This document shows positions 42,317 through 52,957 of a stretch of 64,000 nt of DNA, one piece after another. The translations under genes were made by a program, and so were the position numbers. Numbering within the stretch: position 1 is the stretch's first letter; each line of letters begins with the position of its first letter. Source of the DNA: an uncultured Chloroflexia bacterium (GTDB taxonomy: Bacteria; Chloroflexota; UBA6077; JACCZL01); NCBI GenBank assembly GCA_963765765.1, contig CAVXYC010000019.1:32001-96000 (forward strand), given 5' to 3'. Under the pieces are notes generated by a model, which saw only the letters and a program-made list of their open reading frames with translations, searched no databases and was not told the DNA's origin.

Positions 42317-43420
42317 ATGATGCGACCATCGCTAGCGCCCAAGGTCACATCGCTGCTGACGAACTCCATCGACGATGTCACGAGTCAAGCTCAATGGATG
42401 TCCGGATTGCTCGGAGAGCATCCCTCCTCCTACTCTCGCAGCCCGGCGCTCTGGAACGCGGCCTACCGTGACCTGAGCTTGGACGCGGCGTACGCGCCTT
42501 TCGACGTGCCGCCGGATCGGCTGGAAGCGTTCGTTCAGGCGCTGCGGGAGTCGCCCGGCTTGCTGGGTTTCAACGTCACGGTTCCGTTCAAACAGGCGCT
42601 TCTCCCGTTTCTGGACGAGCTAGACCCTCTCGCATCGGCGATTGGCGCTACGAACTGCGTTGTGCGCACGGTGGACGGCCGTCTGATCGGAAGCAACACC
42701 GACGCCACTGGGGCGCTTTCTTGCCTCATACGTGAGAGGCCGAACGATGAGCCCTTTTTCCCTGACCTGAATGGGGCGACGGTGTTGCAAATCGGCGCGG
42801 GAGGCGCCGGTCGTGCCGTGGCATCGGCGCTCATCGGACAGCTTGGCGATCGGGGTCGACTGGTGTTGGCCAATCGAACGCGAGGGACCGCGGAGAAGGC
42901 GGCTCGATCGATTGATCCCGAGTCACGGCGAGTTGAGGTCATCACTGAAGACCAGATTACTAAGGTTGCGCCGCGTGCAGACCTCCTGGTGAACGCATCG
43001 ACACGCGGACAGGCGGGATTCTTTCAGCGTCAGGACGGTCTGGTGACCAGCCTGGAGCCATACTCGCCATCAGGGCCCGCTAATCCTGCGTGGATTGACC
43101 CGCGCGACTCCTTCGATGAATCCGCTCGGCAGCGGGCCTGGTACCTTGCCTCCCTGGATGACATTCGGAAGAACGAGCGGGCCGCGGCGACCGTGTTGGA
43201 GCAGACTCGGCCCGGCGCCAGCTTTTTCGATCTAGTCTACGCACCAGCGGAGCCAGTGTTTCTCCGCACAGCCCGCTGGGCCGGTCATCCCACGCTGAAC
43301 GGCGCGGACATGATCCTGCACCAGGCGGTTGCAGGTTTCTTGATCATCACCGCCCCCTTGCTCGATGCGCTGACACCCGAGCTCCGCCAGAGGGTGGAGC
43401 GGGTGATGCGAGCAGCGTGA
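42317..43420 (+). CDS. aroE: Shikimate dehydrogenase family
   Basis: SRSP, GFNVTVPFK, IGATN, NTDATG, GAGGAG, ANRT, DLVYAP. Confidence 0.85.
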   Translation: MMRPSLAPKVTSLLTNSIDDVTSQAQWMSGLLGEHPSSYSRSPALWNAAYRDLSLDAAYAPFDVPPDRLEAFVQALRESPGLLGFNVTVPFKQALLPFLDELDPLASAIGATNCVVRTVDGRLIGSNTDATGALSCLIRERPNDEPFFPDLNGATVLQIGAGGAGRAVASALIGQLGDRGRLVLANRTRGTAEKAARSIDPESRRVEVITEDQITKVAPRADLLVNASTRGQAGFFQRQDGLVTSLEPYSPSGPANPAWIDPRDSFDESARQRAWYLASLDDIRKNERAAATVLEQTRPGASFFDLVYAPAEPVFLRTARWAGHPTLNGADMILHQAVAGFLIITAPLLDALTPELRQRVERVMRAA

Positions 43421-43425
43421 TCTCG

Positions 43426-43519
43426 GAGGCGCGGAGCGCCGCTTTCTAGAGTTCCCTGTCTGTGACCGGGCTAGCGAGAAAGCGGCGCTCCGCGCGCATT
43501 CCAAAGCGCTCCGCGCCTC
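43426..43519. repeat. Palindromic element between convergent genes
   Basis: gcgcggagcgccgctttct / agaaagcggcgctccgcgc followed by gcattccaaa and a second partner gcgctccgcgcctc. Confidence 0.7.
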
Positions 43520-43522
43520 TGT

Positions 43523-44179
43523 TCAGGCGACGCCTACTCTCGGGCAAATATCTACCAGCGGGCACTCGGGACATCGTGGTCGCTGGGCTTTACAGATCTC
43601 CCGGCCGAGTCTGATGAGATGCACATGCACGCTGTAGTGGCGTTCGAGTGGAACCATGGCTTCAAGAAGGTCATGGGCACGATCAGCCGTTGTCCCCGGC
43701 GGGATGAGGCCCAGTCTGATGGCGAGTCTATGCACGTGGGTGTCAACAGGGAGAGCGGCCTGGCCGCAGGCGAATGCCTGGACGCACGCGGCGGTTTTCA
43801 CGCCCACCCCGGGCAATGACAGCAGATATGCACGGGCTTCCGCCGCGGGGAGCTGCTTCAGGAATTCCAGCGATAGCTCACCCTGGTCTTCAGCGATTCG
43901 CTGGAGCACCTGCCTGATGCGTGGACCCTTGATTTGTGCCAGGCCGCCGGCGCGGATCGCCTCGACAACGTCCATATCGTCCGCGGCGCAGACATCTCCC
44001 CAGGTAGGGAACCGTTCGCGAAGTGCCACGAAGGCGCGCTCGGAATTCAGATCCGATGTGTTCTGCGAAAGGATCGTTCCGACCAGCTCAGAGATCGGAT
44101 CGTTCCGAATCTCCGGTTGAATAACTCCGAAGTAGTCATCCAACTGCCGCTCGATCTCGGCGACGCGGCCGTTGTTCAC
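43523..44179 (-). CDS. nth: Endonuclease III family DNA glycosylase
   Basis: ILSQNTSD, HhH LPGVGVKTA, VDTHV, 4Fe-4S motif CKAQRPRCPECPLVDIC; GTG overlaps the ggt stop. Confidence 0.9.
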   Translation of the reverse strand: MNNGRVAEIERQLDDYFGVIQPEIRNDPISELVGTILSQNTSDLNSERAFVALRERFPTWGDVCAADDMDVVEAIRAGGLAQIKGPRIRQVLQRIAEDQGELSLEFLKQLPAAEARAYLLSLPGVGVKTAACVQAFACGQAALPVDTHVHRLAIRLGLIPPGTTADRAHDLLEAMVPLERHYSVHVHLIRLGREICKAQRPRCPECPLVDICPRVGVA

Positions 44180-45948
44180 CAGGCGAACGCGTACGCCGGA
44201 AACGTGTCGCCTTTGGACCCACGTGGATCGCACCCAACCTCGAGCATGCCAGTAACTTCGTCGATCTGTGCCGCGGAGACATAGCCCTCCGTCCAGTCCG
44301 CAGCTTCCTCCACGTCATGTCCGCGCACTCGGAGAGCGTCCAGCACACTCGGGCCCACGCGTGGCTCTATGCGTACTCGATTCCGGAAGCCAATGTGCGG
44401 TGCAAAGAAGCCCGGGAAATGCTCGGAGGAGAGCTTGGGCGCCTCAATGGCTTCCTGGATGGTCATTCCGAATACCTCGCGATTGAGGAAGAACTGCAGA
44501 AGCCATTGATCCTGCTGGTCACCGCCCATTGTCCCGAATGTCATCCAGGGACGCCCGTCGCGGAAAGCCAGGCTGGGTGTCAACGTGGTCCGCGGCCGCT
44601 TGCCCGGTGCCACAATGTTCGGGTGGTTGGATGGGCCGAGGTAGAACGTCATCATCCGGCATGACAGAGGAAAGCCAAGCGCCTCGACCACCTCCGATGA
44701 GCGGAGCCAGCCTCCAGAAGGAGTAAATGAGGCCATATTTCCGGCAGGATCGATGGCGTCAACATGCACCGTACCCGGTCCCCATGGCGAAGGATTGAAG
44801 AGCTCGTCTGTTGGCAGGAGCGCTCCATCTCGAAATGCGTCGCCGGGGCGAAGATCATTGTTCGCCCGTTGTAGATCGATGAGCTCCGCGCGCCGCCGCC
44901 CGTACGAGGCGGCCAACAGCACATCCGCGGGCACATTCGCTTGTGTCGGATCGCCGTAGTATTGCTCACGGTCGGCGAAGGCGAGCTTCATGGCCTCGAT
45001 CAGAACGTGGCAATAGTCGGCGCTCCCGTGGCCCATTGAACGGAGGTCGAAGCTCGCGAGTATCGCCAGCGACTGGAGCAATGCCGGACCCTGTGTCCAG
45101 AATCCGCACTTGAAAACCGTGGAATGGCCGAACTCGAACGACACCGGCGCTTCAACGCGGGTTTCGAATCGCTCAAGGTCGGATCGTTCAATCAGCCCAT
45201 CACGCTCGCGGGAGAACTTGGCGATGTCCTTTGCGACGTCGCCACGATAGAACGCGTCGTACACCGACTGCAGCTTCGCATCTCGATCGCCGGACGCGGC
45301 ACGCTCGGTGTCGGAGAGATGCGAGTACATGCGTGCGAGTGCCGGGTTGCGCTGCCGATCGCCGACGGATGGAGCCGTTCCGTCAGGTGTGTAGAGCGTC
45401 TTGCTTGCCGGCCAGCTCTCGAACTTTGGAGCCAGGTCATTCAGTCCATAGTTCTCCTGCCGAGCGAGCGCCGCGGAGATGGCAAAGCCTTCCGTGGCGA
45501 GTGCGCGCGCCGACTCAGCTACTTCTTCGAAGCTCATGGTGCCGTAGCGAGCAAGCGCTGTCACCACTGCGCCAAGCGTCGCCGGTACGCCGCTCGAGAG
45601 GATGCCCTCCGCGGGAACGGTATTCAGACCGCGCGACCGATATGCCTCCGGCGTCGCGGCCATGGGCGCGGTCATATTGCCGTTGATGGCAATCACTCGA
45701 CTGCTGCCGGCCGGTCGGATCAGGATGGGGCACTCCCCGCCAACCGTGTTCATTTGCGGATTGACGACACCCTCGACCAGGGTAGCCGCGCATGCCGCGT
45801 CGATGGCGTTACCGCCCGCCTTAAGCATGTCGACGCCAGCATTGACGGAGAGATACGAGTTGGCCGCCACTACTCCGTGCGTCCCCATGAGACGGGGATA
45901 AAAGGTGTTTGCATCCGTGGGGGCGCTGCGGAATGCGCGGGTGCTCAT
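44176..45948 (-). CDS. ggt: Gamma-glutamyltransferase family
   Basis: GGNAIDAA, FYRGDVA, LAFADRE, nucleophile GTVH, PGKRPRTTLTP, GTMGGD. Confidence 0.9.
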   Translation of the reverse strand: MSTRAFRSAPTDANTFYPRLMGTHGVVAANSYLSVNAGVDMLKAGGNAIDAACAATLVEGVVNPQMNTVGGECPILIRPAGSSRVIAINGNMTAPMAATPEAYRSRGLNTVPAEGILSSGVPATLGAVVTALARYGTMSFEEVAESARALATEGFAISAALARQENYGLNDLAPKFESWPASKTLYTPDGTAPSVGDRQRNPALARMYSHLSDTERAASGDRDAKLQSVYDAFYRGDVAKDIAKFSRERDGLIERSDLERFETRVEAPVSFEFGHSTVFKCGFWTQGPALLQSLAILASFDLRSMGHGSADYCHVLIEAMKLAFADREQYYGDPTQANVPADVLLAASYGRRRAELIDLQRANNDLRPGDAFRDGALLPTDELFNPSPWGPGTVHVDAIDPAGNMASFTPSGGWLRSSEVVEALGFPLSCRMMTFYLGPSNHPNIVAPGKRPRTTLTPSLAFRDGRPWMTFGTMGGDQQDQWLLQFFLNREVFGMTIQEAIEAPKLSSEHFPGFFAPHIGFRNRVRIEPRVGPSVLDALRVRGHDVEEAADWTEGYVSAAQIDEVTGMLEVGCDPRGSKGDTFPAYAFAW

Positions 45949-45963
45949 CAATTCCCTCAGTAA

Positions 45964-46039
45964 GTGATGGATGAGTGATGAGTCATGAGTAATGAGAGAG
46001 CATCCAGTTGGACACTCATCACTCACGACTCATCACTCG
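45964..46039. repeat. Inverted heptamer arrays (GATGAGT-like / ACTCATC-like)
   Basis: gatgagtgatgagtcatgagtaatgag ... actcatcactcacgactcatcactc. Confidence 0.8.
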
Positions 46040-46042
46040 TAG

Positions 46043-47393
46043 TTAGGCTCGATTAACCAGCGTGGCGATCTCACTCACGTCGGCGACATCATCAAGCGCG
46101 GCGACTGTGGCCACGGTCCGGGCGGCCGCATCTTCGGAGATGTATGGCCCTACGAGGTCACGGAACTTCGCCTCGAGATCTTCGTCTGAGATCGGGTTCT
46201 CCGGTGTGCCGGTGGCCCAGGGCACGTGCACGACTAGCGTTGAGCCGTCGGTAAGCGTCGCGGTCACCTCGGACTCCTCCTGGCGGACAGACTCGTCGGC
46301 GGTTGCATCAATTTTGCCGTACAGGTCCACCAGGTCAGGCCGTACCACCAGCTCATCGCTGAACTGACGCTGTCGAGCCGTGCCTTCCACCAGGGCCACG
46401 GCCATAGCGTAGAAGACGCTGAACTTCCCTTCCAGACCAGTTTTCAAGTTGCGCTTGCTCGTCAGCTCAAGGACTAAAGGATGCACCCGCGCGTGAATCG
46501 TGGCCACCTTGTCCGCGGTCAAACCGTGCTTGTTGCGCATCTCGCGGACCGCGTCCACGCTGGGATGGATAACCACGCCGCAGGAGTATGGCTTGATGCC
46601 GTTCTTGAAGACCTCCCACGAATCGCCCAGCTTCTCTACGATTGGCGCATAGTCCTGTTTGTCCGACACGACGTTGCAGAAGCCGCGTAGCGCTTCGAGC
46701 GCTTTCTCGGACGCCGTGTAGCCCAGACTGGCCATGATGGCCGATTGCACGCCGTTGGATGCAGTTTTGCCGCTGTGGAGCGACTTGGTCATAGTGCCGA
46801 ACTGCTCGCGAAGCCCCGACGGCTGCGAGGCAGCTATGCCCAGCGCCATATTCATGTGGTGTGCATCCAGGCCCATGAGGCGGCCGGCCGCGGCTGCCGC
46901 GCCGAACATACCCACGCTGCCCGTGACGTGCCAGCCGCGATCGTAATGCTCGGGACAGATGGAGAGGGCGATGCGCGCTTCAACCTCGAACCCGGCTGAT
47001 GAACGCCGTGATCAAGTCCTTGCCGCTGGCTTTCTTCCACTCGGCAACTGGGAATGCTCCGGACATCGCCGGACCTGTGGGATGCAGCACAGTGATGATG
47101 TGCGTGTCATCGAAATCCAGAACGTGCGAGGCGATGCCATTGATGAGCGCGGCATTGACCAGAGACGTCTTTTGAGTGGTGCCCAGAACTGACGCCTGTG
47201 GGTTTCCGCCCAGGAGATCGGCCGTTTCGCGGGCGATGCGAGTGGCGTCCTCATCGGCCGCTCCCAGCGTCACTCCCAGATAGTCCAACAAGCAGCGTCT
47301 CGCCTCGCGGCGAACCTCCGGCGGGATCTGATCGTAGGTAAGCTGGCTGGCCCAATCGGCAAGCCGTGAGGTGACGAGTTCAGGGGCGGTCAT
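46043..47393 (-). CDS. MmgE/PrpD family protein; frameshift near 47000
   Basis: NGIASHVLDFDDTH, MTKSLHSG, KPYSCG, GKFS, GTPENP. Confidence 0.9.
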
Positions 47394-47508
47394 GTGCGGG
47401 ATCCTCTCAAAGGCATATAGAAGCGAGCCGAGCATAGCAGGAAGCACGCAGCCCGCACGATGGCGAGGAGCTACTTGGTAAGGCGTCTAGCCTGTCCCCC
47501 CGACGTAA

Positions 47509-48717
47509 CTAGCTGGGCGCCATTACTGGCGTGCTCTGTACGCGCCGGTTCTGCCAGAACACAGCGGCGTAGAAAAGGCCGGCCGCGGCCAGCGGGACGA
47601 CAGTCATCATGGACGTCAGTCCGATTACCGAGGCCAGAGCGCCGCACAGGGCGGGACTCGTCAGCGACCCGAGATCCTGCGATGAGCTGTAGAGACTCGA
47701 GGCGAGGCCGCGGCTTATTCGGGACTCGTCGATCGTCGCAAGCTCCACCGTGTTGCCGACGAGCACCACCGCTCGGACGAGTCCGATGGCCGCCAGCAGA
47801 ACGGCGAAGCCGAATGTGACCGTTTGAATCGGCAGAAGCGCATCAAGCAGTCCCATCAGCCCGAGGCCGACGATCGATACACGGGTAGCGCCGATCCACT
47901 TGATTGGCGATCCCGCGACCGGTCGCGCCACGGTGTTCACGAGCGAATGAACGCTTTTGAGCAGGCCAATCTCGGAAAGCGATAGCCCGATACCCAGGGC
48001 ATAGAGAGGGAAGAACGTGGAGATCATGCTGTGCAAGAAATTCAGAAGGAACTGCACCATCGCGATGATCACCAGTTTTGGCTCGGACATGGCTCGTAGC
48101 GACGCCGTCATTCGCTCCCTGATGGGGAGGGGTACCCCCGCGTGCCGTTGGCGTGGCTCATTCAGCGTCGCTGGATCGGGTCGGTCCATCCACAGGAAGA
48201 TCAGCGAGCTAAAGGTCATGAGTGCGCCGACTCTGAAAGCGTTGTCGTAGCCCAGCCAATCGCCGGCGAACCCGCCAACCATGTTTCCCACGGTGTGTCC
48301 GCCGGCTAATGCTCCCGCAAAGAACGCCATGGCCTTCGCCCTGTCCGCCCCTCGCGGCACCGTGTCCATGAACATGGCCATGTTTGTCGTTGTCGAGATG
48401 CCGCCACAAGCTCCCACCATGATCTGGACCAGGGCAAAAGTGATTGGACCGGATGTCAAGGGATAGAGCAGGTACGCCGCGGCCAAACCGACCACACCGA
48501 GTGTGCACAATAGTTTTCCGCGCTCACGCCGGTACATGGCGCCAATGGGGAAGCGAGACAACAGCGCGGAGATGCCGATGAACGCGACGAGTACACCGAT
48601 ACTCGTGTAGTCGTAGCCGAGATCGTGCAGGTACGGGGGTACGAGTATGCTCGAGATGTTGCTGCTCGACGTGAGCAACACCACGAAGACAAAGCGGACC
48701 CAGGGGATGGACGGCAT
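47509..48717 (-). CDS. MFS transporter
   Basis: 402 aa with ~12 TM in two halves. Confidence 0.85.
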   Translation of the reverse strand: MPSIPWVRFVFVVLLTSSSNISSILVPPYLHDLGYDYTSIGVLVAFIGISALLSRFPIGAMYRRERGKLLCTLGVVGLAAAYLLYPLTSGPITFALVQIMVGACGGISTTTNMAMFMDTVPRGADRAKAMAFFAGALAGGHTVGNMVGGFAGDWLGYDNAFRVGALMTFSSLIFLWMDRPDPATLNEPRQRHAGVPLPIRERMTASLRAMSEPKLVIIAMVQFLLNFLHSMISTFFPLYALGIGLSLSEIGLLKSVHSLVNTVARPVAGSPIKWIGATRVSIVGLGLMGLLDALLPIQTVTFGFAVLLAAIGLVRAVVLVGNTVELATIDESRISRGLASSLYSSSQDLGSLTSPALCGALASVIGLTSMMTVVPLAAAGLFYAAVFWQNRRVQSTPVMAPS

Positions 48718-48761
48718 GAGCTAGGTCCCATTATGGGACAGAGGCGCTGCTGTGTGAACGG

Positions 48762-48840
48762 GGAGGAGAGGTCAGAGGCTAGAGGTCAAGGACCGACTCC
48801 GATTACTGCTGACTCCCCTGACCTCGCCTCTGACCTCTCG
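48762..48840. repeat. Degenerate inverted heptamer arrays (AGAGGTC / GACCTCT)
   Basis: gagaggtcagaggctagaggtca ... tgacctcgcctctgacctctc. Confidence 0.65.
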
Positions 48841-49053
48841 CCGGGTGTGACTCATTTTTGCTGGATCTTGGCTCGGCGAGGCCCAGGTACGCCGACCGAA
48901 ACCCCTGCCATCCCCTGGAGCGGTCCCGTCGAGTTGTGCGGCCAACAAGAATGTGGCAGCTCTCGTCCTCGGGCCTCTCGCGTCTCGCCTCTCCGTCTGG
49001 TATGGTCGCGGTAGGACCCCGGCAGTCGTGCGAGGCACACAGGGAGGCCAAGA

Positions 49054-51278
49054 GTGCTCTACCGCTATAGCCGTTGGGACGGCTCGCAGCAGGTTGATTC
49101 GTTCACCGCCGAAGATGTTATGGAGCAGGTGGCGGACGATATCCTGCGTGGCTCCGACGTGGGCCGGTCGCTGCGCCGCATGATGCAGCGCGGAGCGGAG
49201 TTCACCAGCGGTCGGCGGATGATGGGCCTCCAGGAGATGCTGGAGAAGCTACGCGAGCGCCGCCAACAGCAGATGCAGCGGTTCAATATGGGCTCTATCT
49301 TCGATGACATCAAGGAGCGGCTTGATAAGGTTATCGAGACCGAGCGCGGTGGTATCGACCGCAAGCTCAATCCGAATGCTCCGCAAGCTGGTGAGGACCC
49401 TTCCAACGCTGGGCCCCAAGGTCCACAATCAGCGGGACAGCAGGGACAGCAGGGACAGCAGGGACAGCAGGGACAGCAGGGACAGCAGGGACAGCAGGGA
49501 CAGCAGGGACAGCAGGGACAGCAGGGACAGCAGGGACAGCAGGGACAGCAGGGACAGCAGGGACAGCAGGGACAGCAGGGACAGCAGGGACAAGGCCAAT
49601 CGGGCCAGTCGCCTGACGACGCACTGCAGAAGCTCCTCGAGCGCATGGCTCAGCAGCACCTGGAGAAGCTGGATCATCTCCCGCCCGACGTCGGCGGGCG
49701 TGTGCGCGAGCTGCGCGACTACGATTTCATGGATCCGGATGCGCGTGCACAGTTCGACGAGCTGCTCCAGATGATGCAGCAGCAGGTCATGCAGAGCTAC
49801 TTCCAGGGCTTACAGCAAGGTCTGCAGAACATGACCCCGGAGACGCTCGCTCAAATTCAGGAGATGGTGCGCGACCTCAACGAGCTGCTCAAGAAGCGCA
49901 CGCATGAGGAAGACACCCAGACTGATTTCAAAGAGTTCATGGACAAATGGGGCAGCTTTTTCCCCGAGGGGCTCAACAACCTGGATGAGCTCATGGAGCA
50001 CATGCAGAAGCAGATGGCCCAGATGGACGCCCTCATGAACTCCATGACGCCGGAGATGCGGCGTCAGCTGGAAGACATGATGGAGGGCATGTTCAAAGAC
50101 AGCAGCCTCCAGTGGGATCTCGCGCAGCTCGCTGCCAACCTCGATGAGCTCGGCTATCAAGTTCACGGCCAGGGTGGAGAATACGATCTCTCAGGCGATG
50201 AACCACTGACGCTCCAGGAAGCCATGAAAGTCATGGGCGACATGAACAGCTTCGATGAGCTAGAGCGGGAGCTTATCGACGCGTCGCGCAATAATGACGC
50301 GGGCCGCGTTGATGCCGACGAGCTCTCGCGACTGCTCGGCCAGGACGCCGGGCAGACCCTGGAGCAGATGAAAGAGCTCACGCGCATGCTGGAAGAAGCC
50401 GGTATGATCGAGCAGCGTGGAAAGAACTGGCAGCTCACCGCTCAGGCGATCCGCAAAATTGGCCAGCGTGCCCTCCAGGAAGTGTTCGGTGAGATCCGAG
50501 AGTCCAATATCGGCGACCACTCGATGGACGATCGTGGAACGGGCACGGAAAGGCTGGATGGAACTCGCCCGTACGTCTACGGCGATCCGTTTCTTGTGGA
50601 TGTACAGCGCACCGTCCGTAATGCCCTGATGCGCAGCGGCGCGAACATCCCGGTGCGGCTCAACGCGGACGATTTCGAAATCTACGAGACCGAATCGGTC
50701 ACTCAGTGCTCCACCGTCATCATGCTCGACATGAGCCGGTCCATGCTCTACAACGGGGCGTTCCAGGAAGGTCGGAAGGTGGCGATTGCGCTCGACGCGC
50801 TGATCCGATCACGCTTTCCGCGGGACAATCTACACATTCTGGCGTTCTCGTACTTTGTGCTTCCACTGAAGCCGGAGATGCTTTTCGACAACTACTGGAT
50901 CGAGAACGGCGGTGGTACGAACTTCCAGGAAGCCCTGGCCCAGGGCCGACAACTATTGAGCAAGCACAAGGGCGGTACGCGGCAGATCGTCCTGATCACC
51001 GATGGTGAGCCCACCACCTATAGCTGGGGGAGCGCGACTGGGGCTCCTATCGACGTTCGCCGGGCGTGGTCGAGGAGACGCTCCGCGAGGCTGCCCGGTG
51101 CGCTCGCGAAGAGATCGTCATCAACACGTTCATGATGGAGCAGGACCCCGGTCTCGCTCGCTTCGTTCAGCTCCTCGCCAAGGTAAACAACGGCCGCGCC
51201 TTCTTCTCATCACAGGGCAAGCTGGGCCAGTATCTTCTGGTGGATTACCTCAAAAACAAGCGGCGGATGGTGCATTAG
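49054..51278 (+). CDS. VWA domain protein (Rv0959-like, typical AAA+/chelatase partner); frameshift near 51030
   Basis: YRYSRWDGSQ, MIDAS DMSRSM, GTNFQEAL, LITDGEPT; C-terminus in ORF 51066..51278. Confidence 0.88.
49435..49592 (+). repeat. Coding VNTR (GGACAGCAG)x17 encoding (GQQ)17
   Basis: 17 perfect 9-bp units plus a partial unit. Confidence 0.95.
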
Positions 51279-51627
51279 CCGCGGGGTAAGTGTACGTACC
51301 GGGCAGACGCTTCGTACTTCCAGCGGTCTGCATCAGTGCCGCCTCCGCAAGCGAGTGGCTCATCTGGATTATTCCCAACGCGGGCCTGGAATATGCGAGG
51401 GGAAAGCCTCGCTTGTGATCGCGGTTCGGGACGATCTGCTTGAACCGCTGAATCACGCTCGGATCTGTGATGACCTCGAAATTGCTTCCCTTGGATGCCT
51501 GCTAAGTTGTATCAACGGATGAATCTCGCACCGGCGGTCGAGCCACCACTACAGCAACAGCGCGCACTGGGCCGGACAATAGCTCTCATGTCGTAGTCAC
51601 TCTGGCGTTCAGCATCGGAGGTGAACG

Positions 51628-52863
51628 ATGTCCGAAGTTACGGGTTCACGGCGATCCTTCCTGCAGTTGACTGTGGTCGGCACAGCCACCGCTCTCGCGG
51701 CCGCCTGTGCTCCACCAGCGCCCCCGTCGGCCAAGGAGGCTGGCAAGCCCACTGCGGCGCCGGCCGCGGCCGGCACTACGGCTCCGGCCGCCCAGCCGAC
51801 TGAGGTTCCAAAGCCCGTGGCGCAGGCGCCCGCCGCTACTGGCCAGGCCGCCGTCACCTGGAAGTGGCAATCGAGCTTCGGCCAGACGGACATCTTCCAC
51901 CAGATGGGTGTCGACCTCGCACGGAAGGTCGACGAAATGTCAAACGGGCGTATCAAGATCGAAATGCTGCCCAACGGCGCGGTCGTCCCCTTCAATCAGA
52001 TCATTGACGCAACCAGTCAAGGACTCCTGGATGGCGGCGTGGGCGTGCCAGCCTATTGGTTCGATAAGAGCCGCTCCACCAGCCTCTTCGGAACTGGTCC
52101 GTCATTTGGCATGGATGCCGACCAGATGATCGGCTGGTACTACTACGGTGGCGGTCAGCCGCTCTACGCCGAGCTCATTCAGCAGGTGCTAAGGCTCAAC
52201 GTCGTCTCTTTCTTCGGCCCGCCCATGCCCACTCAGCCGCTGGGCTGGTTCAAGAAGGAGATCACCAGCCCGGACGATTTCAGGGGACTGAAGTTCCGCA
52301 CTGTCGGGCTTTCGGCCGATCTCTTCAAAGAGCTCGGCGCGGCGGTCGTCATACTTCCGGGGCCAGATGTTGTGCCATCGCTCGAGCGGGGCGTCATAGA
52401 TGGAGCGGAATTCAACAACCCTTCATCCGACAAGCTCCTCGGCTTCCAGGACGTGGTGAAGGTGCTCATGGTGCAGTCCTATCACCAACCCGTGGAGTTC
52501 CTCGAGTTTTTGGTCAATAAGCAGAAATTCGAATCTCTGCCGACCGACCTTCAGGCCATCTTCCGCTACGCCACGATGGCAGAGTCGGCCGATGCCGGCT
52601 GGAAGTATTTCCTGGATGCGAACAGCAAGGACCTGCAGGAGATCAAGTCAAAGGGCGTCAGGGTCATGACCACGCCAGCCTCCATTCTCCAGGCCCAGCT
52701 CGGGGCCTGGGATGTGGTTGTCGAGCGCGAATCTAATGACCCCTTCTTCAAGAAGGTCATCGAATCTCAGCGCCAGTGGGCCGCGCGGGTGGTGCCTCTG
52801 CGATCGCAGGTCATGGTGGATAACTCGCTCGCCTTCAAGCACTACTTCCCGAACGCGACGTAA
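51628..52863 (+). CDS. dctP: TRAP substrate-binding lipoprotein (DctP/TakP-like), Tat signal
   Basis: SRRSFL, LAAAC, WKWQSSF, QPLGWFKKEI, GLKFR, LERGVIDGAEF. Confidence 0.92.
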   Translation: MSEVTGSRRSFLQLTVVGTATALAAACAPPAPPSAKEAGKPTAAPAAAGTTAPAAQPTEVPKPVAQAPAATGQAAVTWKWQSSFGQTDIFHQMGVDLARKVDEMSNGRIKIEMLPNGAVVPFNQIIDATSQGLLDGGVGVPAYWFDKSRSTSLFGTGPSFGMDADQMIGWYYYGGGQPLYAELIQQVLRLNVVSFFGPPMPTQPLGWFKKEITSPDDFRGLKFRTVGLSADLFKELGAAVVILPGPDVVPSLERGVIDGAEFNNPSSDKLLGFQDVVKVLMVQSYHQPVEFLEFLVNKQKFESLPTDLQAIFRYATMAESADAGWKYFLDANSKDLQEIKSKGVRVMTTPASILQAQLGAWDVVVERESNDPFFKKVIESQRQWAARVVPLRSQVMVDNSLAFKHYFPNAT

Positions 52864-52957
52864 CGATCAAGACTCTGCAGTAGGACGCCTTCGTCTGTGC
52901 GCCGGATAGGCGTATGGGCGAAGGCGTTCCGCTGTAACTCGGTTTAAGTGTCCGTGA

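Noticed and set aside
49435-49592. Repeat array as CRISPR
   Set aside because: It has 9-bp units without spacers, lies in frame within a gene, and no cas genes are present
49065-49677. Cys-rich (CPC)n, (VPA)n, (LLS)n and (RDS)n ORFs
   Set aside because: They are alternative-frame shadows of the GQQ repeat
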